Part shown: positions 61,838 to 64,000 of the stretch, one piece after another
Layout of the letters: the number at the start of each line of letters is the position of its first letter
How positions within the stretch are numbered: position 1 is the first letter of the stretch
Assembly: GCF_900115065.1 (NCBI RefSeq)
Contig: NZ_FOVE01000010.1
Coordinates: 1-64,000 of the forward strand
Reading direction: 5' to 3'
Source: Formivibrio citricus
GTDB taxonomy: Bacteria > Pseudomonadota > Gammaproteobacteria > Burkholderiales > Chitinibacteraceae
Length of the DNA: 64,000 bases
The notes under the pieces: model-generated
What the model was told of the DNA's origin: nothing
The model's input: the letters and a program-made list of their open reading frames with translations, nothing else
The model's database searches: none
Program-made: the position numbers and the translations under genes

Positions 61838-62446
61838 TCAGAATAATTCAGCAAATCGCTCCGCCGTTTGCCTGATATTGCCCGACTCGAACAATGCTCC
61901 GATCACCGCCACGCAATCCGCCCCAGCCGCAACCACCTGCGCGGCATTGTGCGGCGTGATTCCGCCAATGGCGACGATCGGCAGGGTAATTTCCGCGCGC
62001 GCCTGCTTGATCAGCTCCAGACTCGCTCGCCGCGCTTCGGGCTTGGTGCCGGATGCAAACACCGCGCCGAACGCCACGTAATCCACGCCAGCCGCTACCG
62101 CCGCATGCGCCAGCGCCAGATCGTTGTAGCAGGAAGCACCGAGCAGCATCCCTTGAGACAGCCTGGCGCGCGCTTCTATGAGATCGCCGTCCTCGCCCCC
62201 CAGATGCACGCCATCGGCTCCGACCTGCACGGCCAACTGCACATCGTCGTTGATGATCAGGCAGGCGCCATATTGCTTCGTCAGTGCGCGCAAGGCCCGA
62301 GCCTGCTCCAGGCGCAAGGCCGCATCGGCCTGCTTGTTGCGGTATTGCAAAATCGCCGCCCCGCCCTGCAAAGCTTGCTCGACCTTGCCCAGAAATTCGG
62401 CCGTATCTTTCAGGTTGGGCGTGATGGCATACAGTCCGCGCATCAT
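61838..62446 (-). CDS. thiE: Thiamine-phosphate synthase.
   Basis: MMRGLYAITPNL... and the ThiE family signature region. Confidence 0.9.
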   Translation of the reverse strand: MMRGLYAITPNLKDTAEFLGKVEQALQGGAAILQYRNKQADAALRLEQARALRALTKQYGACLIINDDVQLAVQVGADGVHLGGEDGDLIEARARLSQGMLLGASCYNDLALAHAAVAAGVDYVAFGAVFASGTKPEARRASLELIKQARAEITLPIVAIGGITPHNAAQVVAAGADCVAVIGALFESGNIRQTAERFAELF

Positions 62447-63285
62447 TCCGGTTTGTCCTCGTCTTCATTCTCGGCAGGGCGCGCCCAGAACATGCGGTCC
62501 GGAATGAATTGCCCCATTCCCGGCCGAAACCCTTTGGACAGCGCTTGCCAGGTGTATTCCTGCGCTTCCTTCACGGCTGTAGCCACATCCGCACCGCTGG
62601 CAATCAACCCGGCCACTGCGGATGCCAGCGTGCATCCGGAACCATGGTAACTGCCAGGCAAGCGCGTCCAGGCTGCCGAAGCACCCCTGCCCATCTGGGT
62701 ATAAAGCGTATTCACCACCTGGGGCGTGTTTTCGTGCGTACCCGTAATCAGCGCATATTCGCAGCCGCATTCGATCAGACGTGCGGCAGCCACGTCCAGC
62801 GGCAGGTCTTCCTGCTCGTCCGGGTCGTCGGAAGCCAGATGCCGTGCCTCGACGCTGTTGGGCGTGACCAGGAATGTATGCGGCAACAGCAGTTCGCGCA
62901 TGGCCTGGATCAGCGCTTCTTCGGCCAGCGCATCGCCGCGCCCGCTGGCCAGCACCGGATCAAGAATCAGCGGGATATCCGGGTAATCCGAGGCGATCTC
63001 GGCAATCACGGTCAGGTTCTCCACACTGCCGATCATGCCCACCTTGATCGCATCGACACGCATGTCTTCGAGCACCTGCCGTGCCTGGTCTTCCAGCCAA
63101 TCCGGCTCCACCGCCATGAATTCCTGTACTCCGGCCGTATCCTGCACCGTGATGGCCGTGACCACCGGCAGCGCATGGCAACCCAGCGAAGCCAGCGTCA
63201 GGATGTCGGCCGCCAGCCCCGCGCCCCCGGAAGGATCGTTACCGGCAAAAACAAGAACCACGGGCGGTTTGGTACTCATGCTCAT
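62443..63285 (-). CDS. thiD: Hydroxymethylpyrimidine / phosphomethylpyrimidine kinase.
   Basis: VLVFAGNDPSGGAGLAADILT... and the ThiD/PdxK fold. ATG at 63283-63285 (or 63277-63279). Confidence 0.9.
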   Translation of the reverse strand: MSMSTKPPVVLVFAGNDPSGGAGLAADILTLASLGCHALPVVTAITVQDTAGVQEFMAVEPDWLEDQARQVLEDMRVDAIKVGMIGSVENLTVIAEIASDYPDIPLILDPVLASGRGDALAEEALIQAMRELLLPHTFLVTPNSVEARHLASDDPDEQEDLPLDVAAARLIECGCEYALITGTHENTPQVVNTLYTQMGRGASAAWTRLPGSYHGSGCTLASAVAGLIASGADVATAVKEAQEYTWQALSKGFRPGMGQFIPDRMFWARPAENEDEDKPE

Positions 63286-63349
63286 AAAGTCTGCTAGTTG
63301 GTTAAAATGGGATTCTACCTCTTTCAAGAACCCGCATTCCGGAATTCAA

Positions 63350-63808
63350 ATGGCCATCGAAATCGAACGCAAATTCCTGCTGGCAAACGACGCCTGGCGC
63401 AGCCAGATACAGCACTCCACCCGCATCGCCCAAGGCTATCTGGCCACCGATCCCACCGTGCGGGTACGGGTCAAGGGCACAACGGGTTTTCTTACCATCA
63501 AGGGCAAGAGCGCGGACGGTATCAGCCGCGCCGAATTCGAATACCCGATCCCGGTGGAAGACGCGCTGGAACTGCTGAACCTGTGCCCGAACGTTCTCGA
63601 CAAGACTCGCCACCTGATCAGCCAGGGCAATCTTACTTGGGAGATCGACGAATTTCACGGCGATAATGCCGGCCTGATCGTGGCCGAACTAGAACTCCCC
63701 GCCATCGATACACCCTTTGAAAAACCGGACTGGCTGGGACAGGAAGTCACCGGTGACGTGCGCTATTACAACAGCATGCTGTCGCAAACCCCCTACTGCC
63801 GCTGGTAA
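63350..63808 (+). CDS. CYTH-domain protein (triphosphate tunnel metalloenzyme).
   Basis: MAIEIERKFLL... and the EIERKFL motif. ATG verified at 63350. Confidence 0.7.
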   Translation: MAIEIERKFLLANDAWRSQIQHSTRIAQGYLATDPTVRVRVKGTTGFLTIKGKSADGISRAEFEYPIPVEDALELLNLCPNVLDKTRHLISQGNLTWEIDEFHGDNAGLIVAELELPAIDTPFEKPDWLGQEVTGDVRYYNSMLSQTPYCRW

Positions 63809-63817
63809 AGGAAAATC

Positions 63818-64000
63818 ATGTCCAACAACGAACACCTTTTCGCCCGCGCCCAGCGCCACATCCCCGGCGGCGTGAATTCCCCGGTGCGCGCCTTCGGCTC
63901 GGTCGGCGGCACGCCGCGCTTCTTCGTCCGCGGCGAAGGCCCCTATGTCTGGGATGCCGACGGCAAACGCTACATTGATTATGTGGGTTCGTGGGGACCG
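63818..64000 (+). CDS. hemL: Glutamate-1-semialdehyde 2,1-aminomutase, N-terminal part (runs off the window).
   Basis: [26 protein letters not shown]... Confidence 0.85.
   Translation, partial: MSNNEHLFARAQRHIPGGVNSPVRAFGSVGGTPRFFVRGEGPYVWDADGKRYIDYVGSWGP

Overview
The window is a GC-rich chromosomal segment whose gene content looks betaproteobacterial. Most of it is housekeeping:
- acnB 5' end, a GntR/amidohydrolase/transporter cluster, and yaaA.
- A hisB-hisH-hisA-hisF-hisI operon, with hisD placed separately next to a yciA thioesterase.
- pta-ackA, dgkA and a LytTR two-component pair.
- parE-parC with an inserted deoxyribosyltransferase-like gene, thiE-thiD, a CYTH gene and hemL.

The accessory content is:
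1. A 21.4-kb Tn7-like transposon (tnsA, tnsB, tniB/tnsC, tniQ) inserted in-frame into comM with a 5-bp GGCGG target duplication, at 34714-56116. Its roughly 16-kb cargo looks like a defense/nuclease island: a TIR-domain protein with a small multi-TM partner, a DEDDh exonuclease with a large unknown protein, a HipA-like kinase, secreted endonuclease I, a CoiA-like protein and several unknowns.
2. An RtcR / sigma-54-controlled RNA-repair locus in which tRNA-like (Y-RNA-like) modules, a band-7 (SPFH) protein and a HEAT-repeat protein are embedded between rtcR and rtcB-rtcA.
3. An orphan FliA-dependent flagellin whose variable domain carries an HExxH zinc-peptidase motif (flagellinolysin-like).
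4. A conserved seven-gene RDD-RDD-SpoIIM-like-DUF4129-DUF4350-MoxR-DUF58 operon.
5. Two repeat families: a palindromic REP-like intergenic element seen four times, and a 107-bp near-identical inverted repeat pair 25 kb apart.

No rRNA, canonical tRNA or CRISPR array was seen.

The supplied ORF track translates GTG/TTG starts as M. The starts I give were checked against ATG codons in the sequence where stated.
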